From Selaginella moellendorffii (lineage: Eukaryota; Plantae; Lycopodiophyta), in the NCBI RefSeq assembly GCF_000143415.4, contig NW_003314269.1:2969060-3033059 (forward strand): 64,000 nt of DNA, given 5' to 3'. Shown here piece after piece: positions 11,483 to 22,774 of this stretch. Within the stretch, counting starts at the first letter, position 1, and every line of letters begins with the position of its first letter. Both the position numbers and the translations under genes were made by a program. The notes beneath the pieces are model-generated. The model worked only from the letters and a program-made list of their open reading frames with translations, searched no databases and was not told the DNA's origin.

Positions 11483-12191
11483 ATGAGTCCTCGTTTGATC
11501 TTCCTCCTCTCGCTGCTGGTAGCGGCGGCTATGGTGGCCACCGCCCAGCAGTGTGATCGCAATCGCCCTTGTGGAGACAACATGTGTTGCAGCCAATGGG
11601 GCTACTGTGGATGCTCCGCGGATTACTGCGGCAATGGGTGCCAAAGCCAGTGTAACTGGTGTAGCGGCGGCGGCGGAGGCGGTGGTGGTGGTGGTGGCGG
11701 CGGAGGAGGAAATGGCGAGGCAACGTTCTACACGGAATACGTTCGTGAGTTCCTCGATTCAAAGCGTTCAATCAATTCTTCCTCTCGACCAACTGATTGA
11801 TTGCCCCTTGTGTGTGATCACAGCATCGGCTTGCTATGGCTTCGATCGCGGGCCCTTTCCAGCCGGAAATTTGATCGCGGCAGCCAGCCCCGATATCTTC
11901 AATGGCCTCTGCGGCGCCTACTTCGATATCACTTGCAAGGGCGCGGTCTCTGGCGCTGGAGGATGCCGGTCGAACGACGCTACAGTCACCGTCCGGGTCG
12001 TGGATCTCTGCCCGGGCTGTCACGCTAATTCCTTCGATCTCTCTTACGAAGCCTTCACCCGCATCGCGAATCCGGATGTTGGGCGAATCCGGATCTTCTC
12101 CCAGAGGAAGAATGGGGCGGGAATTGGCCAGGAATTCATCGCCCAAGTGGTCGGATCGACAAACTCCACCCAAGAGCCCAGTAAACGCTGA
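11483..12191 (+). CDS. Secreted hevein (chitin-binding, CBM18) + poly-Gly linker + EG45-like/plant-natriuretic-peptide-like DPBB protein; intron 11745-11823
   Basis: Signal peptide; [23 protein letters not shown] hevein signature; G-rich hinge; [10 protein letters not shown]|PSACYG...IAAAS...CG...C...[12 protein letters not shown]...[21 protein letters not shown]. Confidence 0.88.
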
Positions 12192-12698
12192 ATTTTCACT
12201 AATTGGTAATTTTCTTTTCCATTTACCTCTAACTCTTAGTAATTCTTACCTCCACGAAATGAAAAAGGGTTGGTCCAAGGGGAGAGGGAGAGGGTTGGTT
12301 CCTCTAGTGTTTGGTAGGACTACCTCCATACACCACCCACTTCTTCAAATTGCTGGAATATATATTGTAGTTCAAAAGATTTGTATAGAAAACTAGATTA
12401 AAAACAAAATAGTATTTGTCCACAGTAACAATTGAGCTTGAGAAGGTAGTGTTACAAAATGTGGAGATGCTAGCAAAGAGTAAAGTTCTTTTCAACCTTT
12501 TTTGTTACATAAAAGCATGGGGCAATTTAAATCTCTGCATAGTGCTTAGTATTTTGAGCAGCCTATTTATCAACTTTCACATGCCAAAACATAAGACCAT
12601 TGGGCTAAATTGAATTCATGTTTAAGAACGTTTATACATTAACATAGATTAATCTAAATGTATATTATATATATCAATATAGAAAAGCAGATTACTAA

Positions 12699-13013
12699 GT
12701 ATTTTTGCAAAAATCAACAACATCGCAAACGTACTATAGTAGAGTTGGAATTTGCTTCTAACAGGAATAACTTTATATATACCCAGAAGTTGTGGTTAGA
12801 CGGTAATATACTCTAGCTTCATTCACTACCATTTAAGTCAATACTATGTGCTTAACATTTTATGACTGAATATTTTAAAATCAGCAATTCAAACCTGACT
12901 TTTGGATGTTTCCTAGGTATTTTCGCAAAATTCGGCAACATCGCAACTGTAATAGATTTGGAATTTGCTTCTAACGAGAATAGCTCTATATATACCGAGA
13001 AGTCGTGGTTAGA
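12699..13013 (+). promoter_or_regulatory. Duplicated ~100-bp TATA-containing element upstream of MTPSL
   Basis: 12699-12800 and 12917-13013 share gtattt..gcaaaa...caacatcgcaa...ttggaatttgcttctaac...tatatatacc.agaagt.gtggttaga. Confidence 0.8.
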
Positions 13014-13033
13014 AACTGTGTTGTGTTTTCTTA

Positions 13034-14083
13034 ATGGCTATTCTATCCATTGTGAGCATTTTTGCAGCGGAGAAAAGCTACTCCATTCCACCAGCAAGTA
13101 ATAAACTTCTGGCCTCTCCAGCGCTGAATCCGCTGTATGATGCAAAGGCCGACGCTGAGATCAATGTGTGGTGTGACGAGTTTCTGAAGTTGCAACCTGG
13201 AAGCGAGAAATCTGTGTTTATTCGAGAGAGCAGGCTTGGATTGCTCGCAGCTTATGCATACCCGAGCATTTCATACGAGAAGATTGTTCCCGTTGCAAAG
13301 TTCATCGCTTGGCTCTTTCTTGCAGATGACATTCTGGATAACCCTGAGATCTCTTCGTCGGACATGAGGAACGTGGCAACCGCATACAAGATGGTTTTCA
13401 AGGGAAGATTTGACGAGGCCGCACTTCTGGTCAAGAATCAGGAGCTGCTGCGGCAAGTGAAGATGTTATCTGAGGTTTTGAAAGAACTGTCCCTCCATCT
13501 AGTGGACAAATCCGGCCGATTCATGAATTCTATGACCAAGGTGCTCGACATGTTTGAGATTGAATCGAACTGGCTTCACAAGCAAATCGTTCCCAACCTG
13601 GACACGTACATGTGGCTGAGAGAGATCACATCTGGTGTTGCGCCTTGCTTTGCTCTGCTTGATGGTTTACTGCAACTTGGGCTGGAAGAGCGTGGCGTGC
13701 TAGATCATCCTCTCATATGCAAGGTTGAGGAGATTGGGACGCATCACATTGCGCTCCACAATGACTTGATCTCGTTCAGGAAGGAGTGGGCGAAAGGGAA
13801 CTACCTCAACGCCGTGCCCATTCTCGCCAGCATTCACAAGTGTGGTTTGAACGAGGCGATTGCCATGTTGGCGAGCATGGTGGAGGATTTGGAGAAGGAG
13901 TTCATCGGGACAAAGCAGGAGATCATTTCAAGTGGGCTTGCCATGAAGCAAGGCGTCATGGATTATGTGAATGGGGTAGAGGTGTGGATGGCCGCAAACG
14001 CAGAATGGGGATGGTTGAGTGCTAGATATCATGGAATTGGGTGGATCCCTCCTCGAGAAAAATCAGGGACCTTCCAACTCTAG
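13034..14083 (+). CDS. MTPSL: Microbial terpene synthase-like protein (class I, alpha-domain only), intronless, 349 aa; close to SmMTPSL1
   Basis: DDILD (DDxxD), NDLISFRKE (NSE/DTE), WGWLSARY (WxxxxxRY); N-terminus MAILSIVSIFAAEKSYSIPPASNKLL as recalled for Selaginella MTPSL1. Confidence 0.95.
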   Translation: MAILSIVSIFAAEKSYSIPPASNKLLASPALNPLYDAKADAEINVWCDEFLKLQPGSEKSVFIRESRLGLLAAYAYPSISYEKIVPVAKFIAWLFLADDILDNPEISSSDMRNVATAYKMVFKGRFDEAALLVKNQELLRQVKMLSEVLKELSLHLVDKSGRFMNSMTKVLDMFEIESNWLHKQIVPNLDTYMWLREITSGVAPCFALLDGLLQLGLEERGVLDHPLICKVEEIGTHHIALHNDLISFRKEWAKGNYLNAVPILASIHKCGLNEAIAMLASMVEDLEKEFIGTKQEIISSGLAMKQGVMDYVNGVEVWMAANAEWGWLSARYHGIGWIPPREKSGTFQL

Positions 14084-14529
14084 ACTGTTGCTCAGTTCTA
14101 TCAAATAATAATAAAAGGCTGCTTTTCTTGGGTGAAGGATTTCCAACGCCTAGACTTGTGATAAAGAACCTGGACATCTTGATCATCGCCTAGCCCTGAA
14201 AGAACTCTCACAATCCATCCCAAGCTGTGTGGTTGCAATATAAGCACTTACTTGGCTGTGACTAGTTGTGGCTGTTGGTTTATCTTCGTGCCTGAAACTC
14301 AGATCTGGTTGACAGACCTAAGCGCTGCGGCCTGGCCCATCAGCCATGGCACTGGCCGTGTGCTGCCGCTAGAAAACTAGAATCTAGCTATAATATTTTA
14401 ATGTGATGCTTACGATGTTCAACTTGAAATATTCTTGGACAACCAGATGAACAATCAATAATTAATAGCCTGTTCTCAATAGCTTCCTGCAATTAAACTC
14501 TTGACAATGTTATCCTTGAATAAGTAGAA

Positions 14530-14760
14530 AGCAGGGCATTGCCCTTGTGTGTCAAACACGCAGCTTCAGGTGGATAGAGCACTCACTGAACATTGCATGC
14601 TAAGGAGACTAATCAAACAACACGCTTTGATTGCCCAAGATCACTTTCATGAGCGGGCATTACGAAACATGCAGACATCCCTTTTTCTTATGCAGCGAGT
14701 GGCGTGTTCCATGACCTCTAGCATCAAAGTCAAACACTTGCTTTGCTTCTTCTACGGGAA
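14530..14760 (-). pseudogene. Degenerate PPR fragment
   Basis: Minus strand reads VEEAKQVFD, SWNT and GDLGQSKR-like pieces broken by frameshifts. Confidence 0.5.
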
Positions 14761-15339
14761 TTAAAAGTGTTCATATATATATTAAAAACTTTACTAGAAT
14801 ATATTTGATTAATTATTAGATTTTAAATATTACTTCCCCATAAATATAAAATAATCAAATTTTAGATTACTAAATACTGTTTTCTTAGTATAATTTTAAA
14901 ATTAAAGAACAATGACTCTCTTTTTTGGTTTGCATAAGCAAACCTGTAGGGATATACTTAAAATATATTTAAATATTCTAAAATATTCTACTAATTAATG
15001 GTTTTAGGTGTGTCATGGTGTAGTCTATGTCCTCCTGGTCATCATCCTCACTACTTTCTGCTGTCTTGGCAAAGTTGGCCAATTAATCCTGTATTTATAA
15101 TTTATAAATATGTTTATAATTTATAAACTTTCCTAAACACTTCCTAGTATATTCTAGTTTATTCTACCATCTAATTGTTGATATTTAATGAGATTAATCT
15201 TGTATTTATAAATTATAAACTTCCATTTGATTAATTAGATTAATAAATACTAACAAATAAAAATATACCATCAGTTTTACCTTTAAAATTAGAAAACTAA
15301 TATATAATATAATATACCTAGTTTCTTGCATATCAGTGA

Positions 15340-15920
15340 AGGATTAGACAGGGGCATTGTTTCAAACACCTCCTTGTGTAAGAGATATGGGCGTTCTACA
15401 ACACCAAGTTCTTGTCTGCCATTTCGTGAAAGGCGGTCAGAGTCCTTTGCATGGAATGTGCAAGATTCCAGGCTGGCATTTTGTCGAGGATTATCGCGGT
15501 TTCGTCCAGGAGGCGGCACTGAGAATATCCACACACGGCATCTCCATAATCAAGAAGGCATCTGGTTTCCTCAAGGCGTTGGCCTTGGGTGTAGGCGAGG
15601 AGCAGCGTTTTGACGACAAGATCATGCTGTGGCATCTGATTGAGGAAGAAGAGCTCCAAGTCTTTCAGGAGACCGCAGTGGACGTAGCCGGAGAGGATTG
15701 CAGTGTAAGTTCCTCACAAGCATGGCGTGGAAGAGCATGAGAGAAGACTCCAGATGCCCGTGACCACAATCATCGTGCGGGTTGGGTATCTCCTCGCTTC
15801 ATCAAAATGCCCGTTTTTGCAGTAGGCAACCAGCAAGGTCCCAGGTGAACTTGTCCCTCTTGGGCATACCATGGAAGATTTGAGCTGCGTGTTTGATGTT
15901 ACCACATCTACCGTGAATTT
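15340..15920 (-). pseudogene. Degenerate PPR fragment
   Basis: LLVAYCKNGHFDEARR, MPQHDLV...LLLAYTQ...LEETR, FHEMADKNLV, VFETMP in broken frames. Confidence 0.75.
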
Positions 15921-16798
15921 CAATTTGCTTGCTCAGGACGAATACACTGTTTATAAGAATTTTGAATTGGAAAAGGCTAAAAAACTATTTGTTTTCAAAC
16001 AGCAAAGAGCTGCTAATTTCCAAGATTGCAGCATATAACGAGCTCAATACAAGCATGCAGCTCACAAGCAAGCAAGGTGGAAAATCAGCTGGAGATAGAT
16101 TTTGGAAGACGAATTCAAAACTGAACAGAGGCCTGATGTCATTGTTCATGGGGAAAGTTGTTGATGAACACTGTAAAGTCTACACTGTGGGATCAGGAAA
16201 TCGTGATGAATGCACTAACACAGATCAGGAGTGGCCAGTTTACTAGGCTTGTGAAAGGTACTTGTGTTTCTTACTTGCAAGAAGATCTTTATTGCTCAAA
16301 CTTGGGAAGATTACTTTGATTCCTCCTGAGAGTTCAGCTTGCAAGTGTCTGTGACTCCAAAGTGATCCCCATGACCACGGATTTTGTGGAGAGCGTGTCA
16401 TGGTTTGGGGATGAAGAGCTCATTGCCAAGGTGGCTGGATTGCTCATGGACCGGACTCACTTAACTTGGAACCTAATGAGCATTGTTGCAGTGGCTAGAG
16501 GATCAAGTCGAATCTTCCAATAGGTGAAGGTTGGAGGTGTTCTCCCAGAGAAATAAGGGCTGGAAAAACCTTGGAGGCTCTGGGCTCTGTGCAAGATCCA
16601 AGTGGAAGAACTTCAAGATCATGCTGCTGCCGAGCTCAAGGAGTTGGAGCTTGTCTTTGAACAAAATATTTTTCCGACACTGCTATTTTCTCAAATAGCG
16701 TTAACCAACCTCTAAAAACAAAGAAAATATTAGTGCAGAAAAATTAACAGCAACATGAATATTTTGTGTATATTCTTTATACCATGCTATGATCCCCA

Positions 16799-19156
16799 AT
16801 GGTGGGAACCGACCTCCACTCGCTCGCCCACGAGATCAGGGCGTGTGGGAGCTCCAAGGATCTGGGAGAGGCCCGGCGGATCCACGCGGTCGTGCGCGGC
16901 AGCGCGCATTGCCACAGCGCCCATCTCGCCACTCTGCTGCTGGAGATGTATGGCAAATGCGGCAGCCCGCGGGATGCCAAGCGCGTCTTTGATTCCATCC
17001 CCGACCCCAGCGCAATCCTTGTCCGAAAGCTCGTTTCGGTGTATGGATTGAACGGGAATCTGGAAGAGGCCAAGACGATCTTTGATTCGATCAAGGATCC
17101 CAGCACTGTCTGCTGGAACACGCTCCTCTCAGCAAATGCTCAGCAAGGGCATCTGGAAGATGCCAAACGCATTTTTGACACTATACCTCTCAAGGACACT
17201 ATTTCTTACAACATCATGGTAGCCGCGTATGGAAGCCACAGGCAACCCGACAAGGCGAAACGGATATTCGAGGAGATACCCAACCCGGATGTAGTCTCCT
17301 GGAACAGCATTATTCGCGCACTTGCCGGGAACGGGCGTCTAGCAGATGCCAAAGCCATGTTTGAGAATATGCCGAGGCCCGACGTGGTGTCTTGGACAGC
17401 CGTGATTCAAGCCTACGCGGAGAACGGGCGGCTGAAAGAAGCCAAGGAATACTTTGACAAGATGCCCGACAGAAACGTTGTTTCCTGGACGACTATGCTC
17501 GCAGCTTTTGCCAAGAGTGGGAATTTCTCGGAGGCGAAGGAGATGTTTGATCGAATGCCCGAGAGGCATGTAATCTCCTGGAACGCGATGGTTTCGGCTT
17601 ACGTCCAGGTCGCGAAGATTCATGAAGCGAAAGAAATGTTTGATGCGATGCCGGAGAAGACCGAGGCGAGCTGGAATTGTTTGCTCGCTGGTTATGTTCA
17701 GTATGGTCATGTGGATCAGGCAAAGAGCTTGTTTGATAGAATGCCGAGGAAAACTCTCGTGTCTTGGAACTCGATGATCTCCGGCTTTGCTCAGAGCAGC
17801 GAGGTGGAGGAAGCTAGAAAACTATTCGAGCGAATGCCGCGGCGTGACGTACCAAGCTGGAACACGATGATCACGGCCTACTCGATGAATGGGAACTTGC
17901 GTGAGGCAAGGAGATTATTCGAGGAGATGCCCCTCAAGGATGCAGTGTCGTGGACTGCAATGATCCACGGGTATGCCGAAGGTGCTCTCGTCGAGAAAGC
18001 TCGAGAGCTCTTCCAAGCCATGCCTCGCAAGACGGTGGTGGCTTGGACGCTGATGATCACGGCCTACGCGAGGGTGGGCGATATGGATCGAGCCCAAAAA
18101 ATGTTTGATGCTGCGCCTTACAGGGACTTGATATCGTGGAACGCTTTCATGTCCGGCTATGCGAGCATTGGAGAGGTGGAAAACGCGCGAAAGATCTTTG
18201 AGAGAATGCCCGAGTGGGACCTTGGATCCTGGGTTCACATGATGAAAGCTTACGCGCAGCACGGGCAGATCAGAGAGGTTGCCAGAGTTTTCCGCGAGAT
18301 GCCCGAGCAGAACACGCTCTCGCGAAACGTGATGATCCTCGCCTTCGTTGAAAACGGAGAGCTGGAACAAGCAAAGTTTACTTTTGATTCCATGCCGCAG
18401 CCGGACATGGTTTCCAGGAACATTATGATGCTCGGCTACGTCCAAGACGGTCGTCTTGAAGAGGCAGAGAAAATCTTCCAGAGCTCTCCAGAGATTGACA
18501 AGTTCTCGTGGAACACTATGATCTATGGATATGCGGATCAAGGGTTCTTGAGTGACGCAAAAGAAGCGTTTTACACTCTTTGCTTCGATCGAGATGTTCT
18601 TGCCTGGACTTCGATGATCAAGGCTTACGCTTTCAAAGACTGCTTCAAGGAGGCCAAAGCTATCTTCGATCGAATGCCTGAGCTGGACGTAGCAGCATGG
18701 AATGCAATGATCGGGTCATACTCCAAGAAAACCCACGAAAGCTCTCTCGAGCTCTTTCAAGAGATGGCTATGGAGGGGTTCTCCTACGACGAGATAAGTT
18801 TCACTGCAGTCTTTAGCACATCTAGTCACGTTGGCTGCTTGGAGAAGAGCCACCAGTGCTTCACGTCTATGAGCTTCGACCATGGATTGATCCCATCGAG
18901 AGACCATTACGCTGGAATGGTGGATAATCTCAGTCGTGCAGGACAGCTTGGGAGAGCTCAGGATCTGATGAACAACATGCCGTTTGTCCCTGATGCAGCG
19001 ATTTGTTCGACATTGCTCGGTGCTTGTGAAGTTCATGGCGACGTAGAGCGAGGGAGCGACACCGCTCTCCGGAGCTTCCAACTGGAGCCATCCGCGACAG
19101 CCCCATATGTGTTGCTGTCCAACATTTTGGAGAGGAAACGTCAGGAGGTGCTTTGA
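16799..19156 (+). CDS. PLS-class PPR protein dominated by 31-aa S/SS-type repeats, with partial E domain and no DYW
   Basis: Intronless 785 aa; repeated VVSWxxMIxAYAxxGxLxEAKxxFDxMP units; ends TLLGACEVHGDVERG...PYVLLSNIL with no PG box or DYW. Confidence 0.92.
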   Translation: MVGTDLHSLAHEIRACGSSKDLGEARRIHAVVRGSAHCHSAHLATLLLEMYGKCGSPRDAKRVFDSIPDPSAILVRKLVSVYGLNGNLEEAKTIFDSIKDPSTVCWNTLLSANAQQGHLEDAKRIFDTIPLKDTISYNIMVAAYGSHRQPDKAKRIFEEIPNPDVVSWNSIIRALAGNGRLADAKAMFENMPRPDVVSWTAVIQAYAENGRLKEAKEYFDKMPDRNVVSWTTMLAAFAKSGNFSEAKEMFDRMPERHVISWNAMVSAYVQVAKIHEAKEMFDAMPEKTEASWNCLLAGYVQYGHVDQAKSLFDRMPRKTLVSWNSMISGFAQSSEVEEARKLFERMPRRDVPSWNTMITAYSMNGNLREARRLFEEMPLKDAVSWTAMIHGYAEGALVEKARELFQAMPRKTVVAWTLMITAYARVGDMDRAQKMFDAAPYRDLISWNAFMSGYASIGEVENARKIFERMPEWDLGSWVHMMKAYAQHGQIREVARVFREMPEQNTLSRNVMILAFVENGELEQAKFTFDSMPQPDMVSRNIMMLGYVQDGRLEEAEKIFQSSPEIDKFSWNTMIYGYADQGFLSDAKEAFYTLCFDRDVLAWTSMIKAYAFKDCFKEAKAIFDRMPELDVAAWNAMIGSYSKKTHESSLELFQEMAMEGFSYDEISFTAVFSTSSHVGCLEKSHQCFTSMSFDHGLIPSRDHYAGMVDNLSRAGQLGRAQDLMNNMPFVPDAAICSTLLGACEVHGDVERGSDTALRSFQLEPSATAPYVLLSNILERKRQEVL

Positions 19157-19339
19157 TACTGTATAAATCAACCAAACCTGTTAATGTTTTTAATGTTTTT
19201 TATCTTTCCCATAACTGATGAAATAACTTTGTTTCTCAGCAAACTTTTGGATGGTCTTTTATGTCCTTATCATAAAAAAAAGAAAAAGAAAATAAAAGAG
19301 GGAAACTTTTAGTGTTTAAAATGAACAATCTTAATTATT

Positions 19340-19640
19340 CCAAAGCCTAGTAATAATGGTTTGCTATTATAAATTGTGTTTAATAGTTCTTCTGTTAAAA
19401 GAAAGCACACCACAAAATAATATGCCTATATAAGTACATGGATTCCACTGGCAATACTAGCTTCAACATTCTCCATGTGATCCTCAAAACTTGGAATATA
19501 TCCTTAAATCTGCCAGCGTTCATGAACTTCAAGAGGTATTTATACATTTCAAAAACAAACTTTACAGTCATAATAAATAATTCTTGAAAGGGAGTTTTAT
19601 ATTCTAAAGGAAATATATGTGACAAAGATACATCCTATTT
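19340..19640 (-). pseudogene. Third, highly eroded fragment of MDS alpha-domain exons
   Basis: Minus strand DVSLSHIFPLEYKTPFQEL...GYIPSFEDHMENVEASI...ILFCG...LTEELLNTIYNSKP, homologous to about 48001-48420. Confidence 0.8.
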
Positions 19641-19702
19641 GTAAGAAAAACATTACTAAACTTTATAAAAAAAAATGATGTATACAACTTTGTAATCACA
19701 TT

Positions 19703-22700
19703 TTAAATTAGAAAAAGTGTATAAGATTCTAAACAAAATTTAATCATGCTCTCAAATTCTTTGTTTGCATTTCTAAACAGATCCACCTGTCTTGTTTTAT
19801 TATAGTTGATTAGCATCATCCGCACCATTTCAAAATTAACCCTTTTGATATTTTTGGGTAGATCTTTTTCATGAGTGACAAAGTAGCTTTCATTGAGTTC
19901 TTTTTTGTTTTTCTCAAGTAAACTTTGTAAATATGATAAGGCATCTTCTTCAGTTGTACCTGGATAATCTTTTATGTAATAGAAAACTCGTTGTGCTAGT
20001 TGTCCAAACTTCATCTCAATCTAAACAATGAAAGAGGGACACATTTAGTGCTTTGTATATAAATTTAAATATAGATATTACCTCATTGGATGTCATTGCA
20101 AAGCCTAGATAATATATTATTAAGTTTGAGAGGCTTGCTATCATAAATGGTGTTTAATAGCTCTTCTGTCAAAGGCTCGCCACAAAATAATATGCTGATA
20201 AGTACATGGATCCCAGTAGAGATGCTAACTTCAGCATTTTGCATGTATTCCTTAAACTTGGAATATATCCTTGAATTTTCCAGCGAGCATCAGTAATTCC
20301 AGATTTTATAAATTTTGTGTACTAGTATGAACAACAACACTATTAAGCCATAGAAAAGTGAAGTATAAATGCTTACAGTTCTTGAAAGATAATTGTGGAT
20401 GAATTTTGACGACAGATTTTGATGTATTCTGGAAGCTGTTTCAGTCATAACAAAAATGGTATTATACAATTCTTGAAAGTGGATCTTATATTCTAAAAGA
20501 AGTTCATGTGACAAACCTGAAAGACCAAAAGAGGAAGCAAAACGTTATAAAAACTTCTAAAAATAGATTCAATCACATTTTGGAGACGATCTAGCTCTTC
20601 AATGCTTGTTGCACAGTCCATAAGATCAAATAAAGTGTTCAAGCAACAAGCCTTTGAGAAGAAGACTCTCAATTGGCTAAATTCTTGCTCATGGAAAGTT
20701 CCACAAATTAAATTGTAAATATAAGGAAGCATATTGATATTTTCTTTTGATCTGATAGACAGGATACCTTCAAAGTGCGGTAAATGCCACCAGCTAAATA
20801 AAAAACACATCAAGTTCATATATTAAAATCACTCATTAGTCTAGGAAATTTGTTTTTGCTTGTCTATCAGCTCAAAAGATTGATATGATTGACATTGTTG
20901 AGCATACCGATTTGCAAGCTCTAGTAACACTTTATTTTCACTAGAGGCAAAAGAGAGGTGGTGAGGGAGAGATAAAGAAGGGTTTATATAACTTACCGAT
21001 AAATAGTTTTAGCAATCCAAGGATCATCCATGGCATAGTACTTGATATCAGTATTATTATAAATCCTCAGCAAGCAGTCATGGAATGGATTTGTTAGCTC
21101 GAATGCCACCTGTAGAAAAACCAAACACATGAGTTTCCAAGCTATCTGAATCTCATTACCTCTTCCATGAGGTTTTTCTTCGTTGCATGTGAGCGCTGTC
21201 AACATTCAGTAGATAATCGTGGGAGTACTTGAAAGTCTTTGTAAGAATGGCTTTGTTCGGGAAATCGACCTGGGAAGCCCGATGCAAGTTGAGCATTTCA
21301 GAGACCCCGTGTCACAATTCGCCAACAAAGCAGCAAAACTTGTCTCCAGGCAGCCAGAACTGGTTGAATGCATCTGTAGGGAGTTTCATACTTTAGTGAA
21401 TTACAGATTCTTCCACCACAAAACTATTTTTACCTGGAGATACATTGTATCCATGCATCCGAAGGACGGAATGCCATTGCTGTGTCGTCTATGTCATTGA
21501 CTAAGCATGTAGATCCCCATCCGATTCCTTCGTTTGTCCAAAAGCTGATACAAACACAAGTAGAAGAGCTTCGTAAGTATCATAAGTACCAAGGCATTGT
21601 ACCTGTACACATAGTCGAGGACAGCTTTGATCTCATCTCTGAAGAAGACGTCAATCCCCAGCCTCTCAATGGTGTCGATCACCCATAAACTTTCGAAAAG
21701 ATCAATGGGGTAATGACAAGGAACTGTAAAGGATTGAAGAAGACAGCCAATCTACCAGCATAGTTTTGATCTTCCATAGCATTTTGCAAGTATTGCAACG
21801 ATTTCCTGTCCTTGGTCTTCAAGTAAACACATGCTGTTGAGGAAAGCGAGCTCAAAAAGGATCCATCTTTAGACTGAAGCTTGAGGATCTTCTGCCAGTC
21901 AATCTCAAGGTCTTGAAGGCCTTCCAAAGAGTATAGCAACGTCCTGGGAACGGAATGGAGTTTATCCAAAGGAATCCTGAGCGAACACCAAACGTCTTCA
22001 ACACATATGTTAATGTAGAGGAACTCACTTGGCCAATTCGTGGCTGTGATCAAGAATCAGAGGCGAATAGATGTAATAACCAGAAGGTCAGAAAAGAAAA
22101 GTTGTAGAAGCACACCTTGCGCAATGCTGTTGTGCCCGATGTCCCAGATCTTGAGCGTGACCAGGCAAGAGAGCGTCATAGAGTTGCAAGTGACGATCAT
22201 CACCCCATGATCCATCCGGAAGTTGACTGTTGATGATCCACGTCAGGGCCTCCGGGAACTCGGGAAGAGAGGAGTCGGACTCGGACGCTATTCGAGCCAC
22301 CCAGGCAGTGTCGTAATCCGAAGGACTGATTTCCCCCTTGCCACTCGCGAGTTTCATCAGCCATCCCTTTACCTCCTCGACGAGCAACGACGTTTCTAGC
22401 TCCTCGATGCGATCGTCAGGGACGTGAAGAATGCCTTGGTATGGCTGTTGCTTCCTTTGCTGCTTCTCCTGCGAACAAGTAGGAATAAATGAGCTCCACA
22501 AACTTGGAAAGATGGTGCTTCGACTTATGGGAGCCTCAGCAGGCTTCGTGTTTCCAAAGTTCATTGGGTTGGAAGCACAGCAGGTAATCCTAATCGAGGG
22601 AGCTGCATTAATAGGCCAGTTTAGTGCGAAACTTGAAAGACAAAGGCTCAATTTACTTAAGCTTCCTTTCCGGATTTGTGCGTTGGTCTTTTGATTGCTT

Positions 22701-22774
22701 CCAAATAACTGGCCGGACTTGACACTTCCACTGATACCAGTGTGTTGAAAGCTGCAGAGCAGAAACTTTGACAT
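19703..22774 (-). pseudogene. Pseudogene copy of the bifunctional diterpene synthase MDS (inverted relative to 45469-48815)
   Basis: Colinear with MDS including introns; SAYDTAW changed to SDYDTAW, 14-bp deletion after LQLYD, most of the GTKFLRENM exon deleted (about 22030-22045), frameshift after [15 protein letters not shown] reduced to DLMD. Confidence 0.92.

Noticed and set aside
14945-15270. AT-rich tract starting tgtaggg with tattcta repeats, LTR-like
   Set aside because: No matching CA end with target-site duplication could be found by eye
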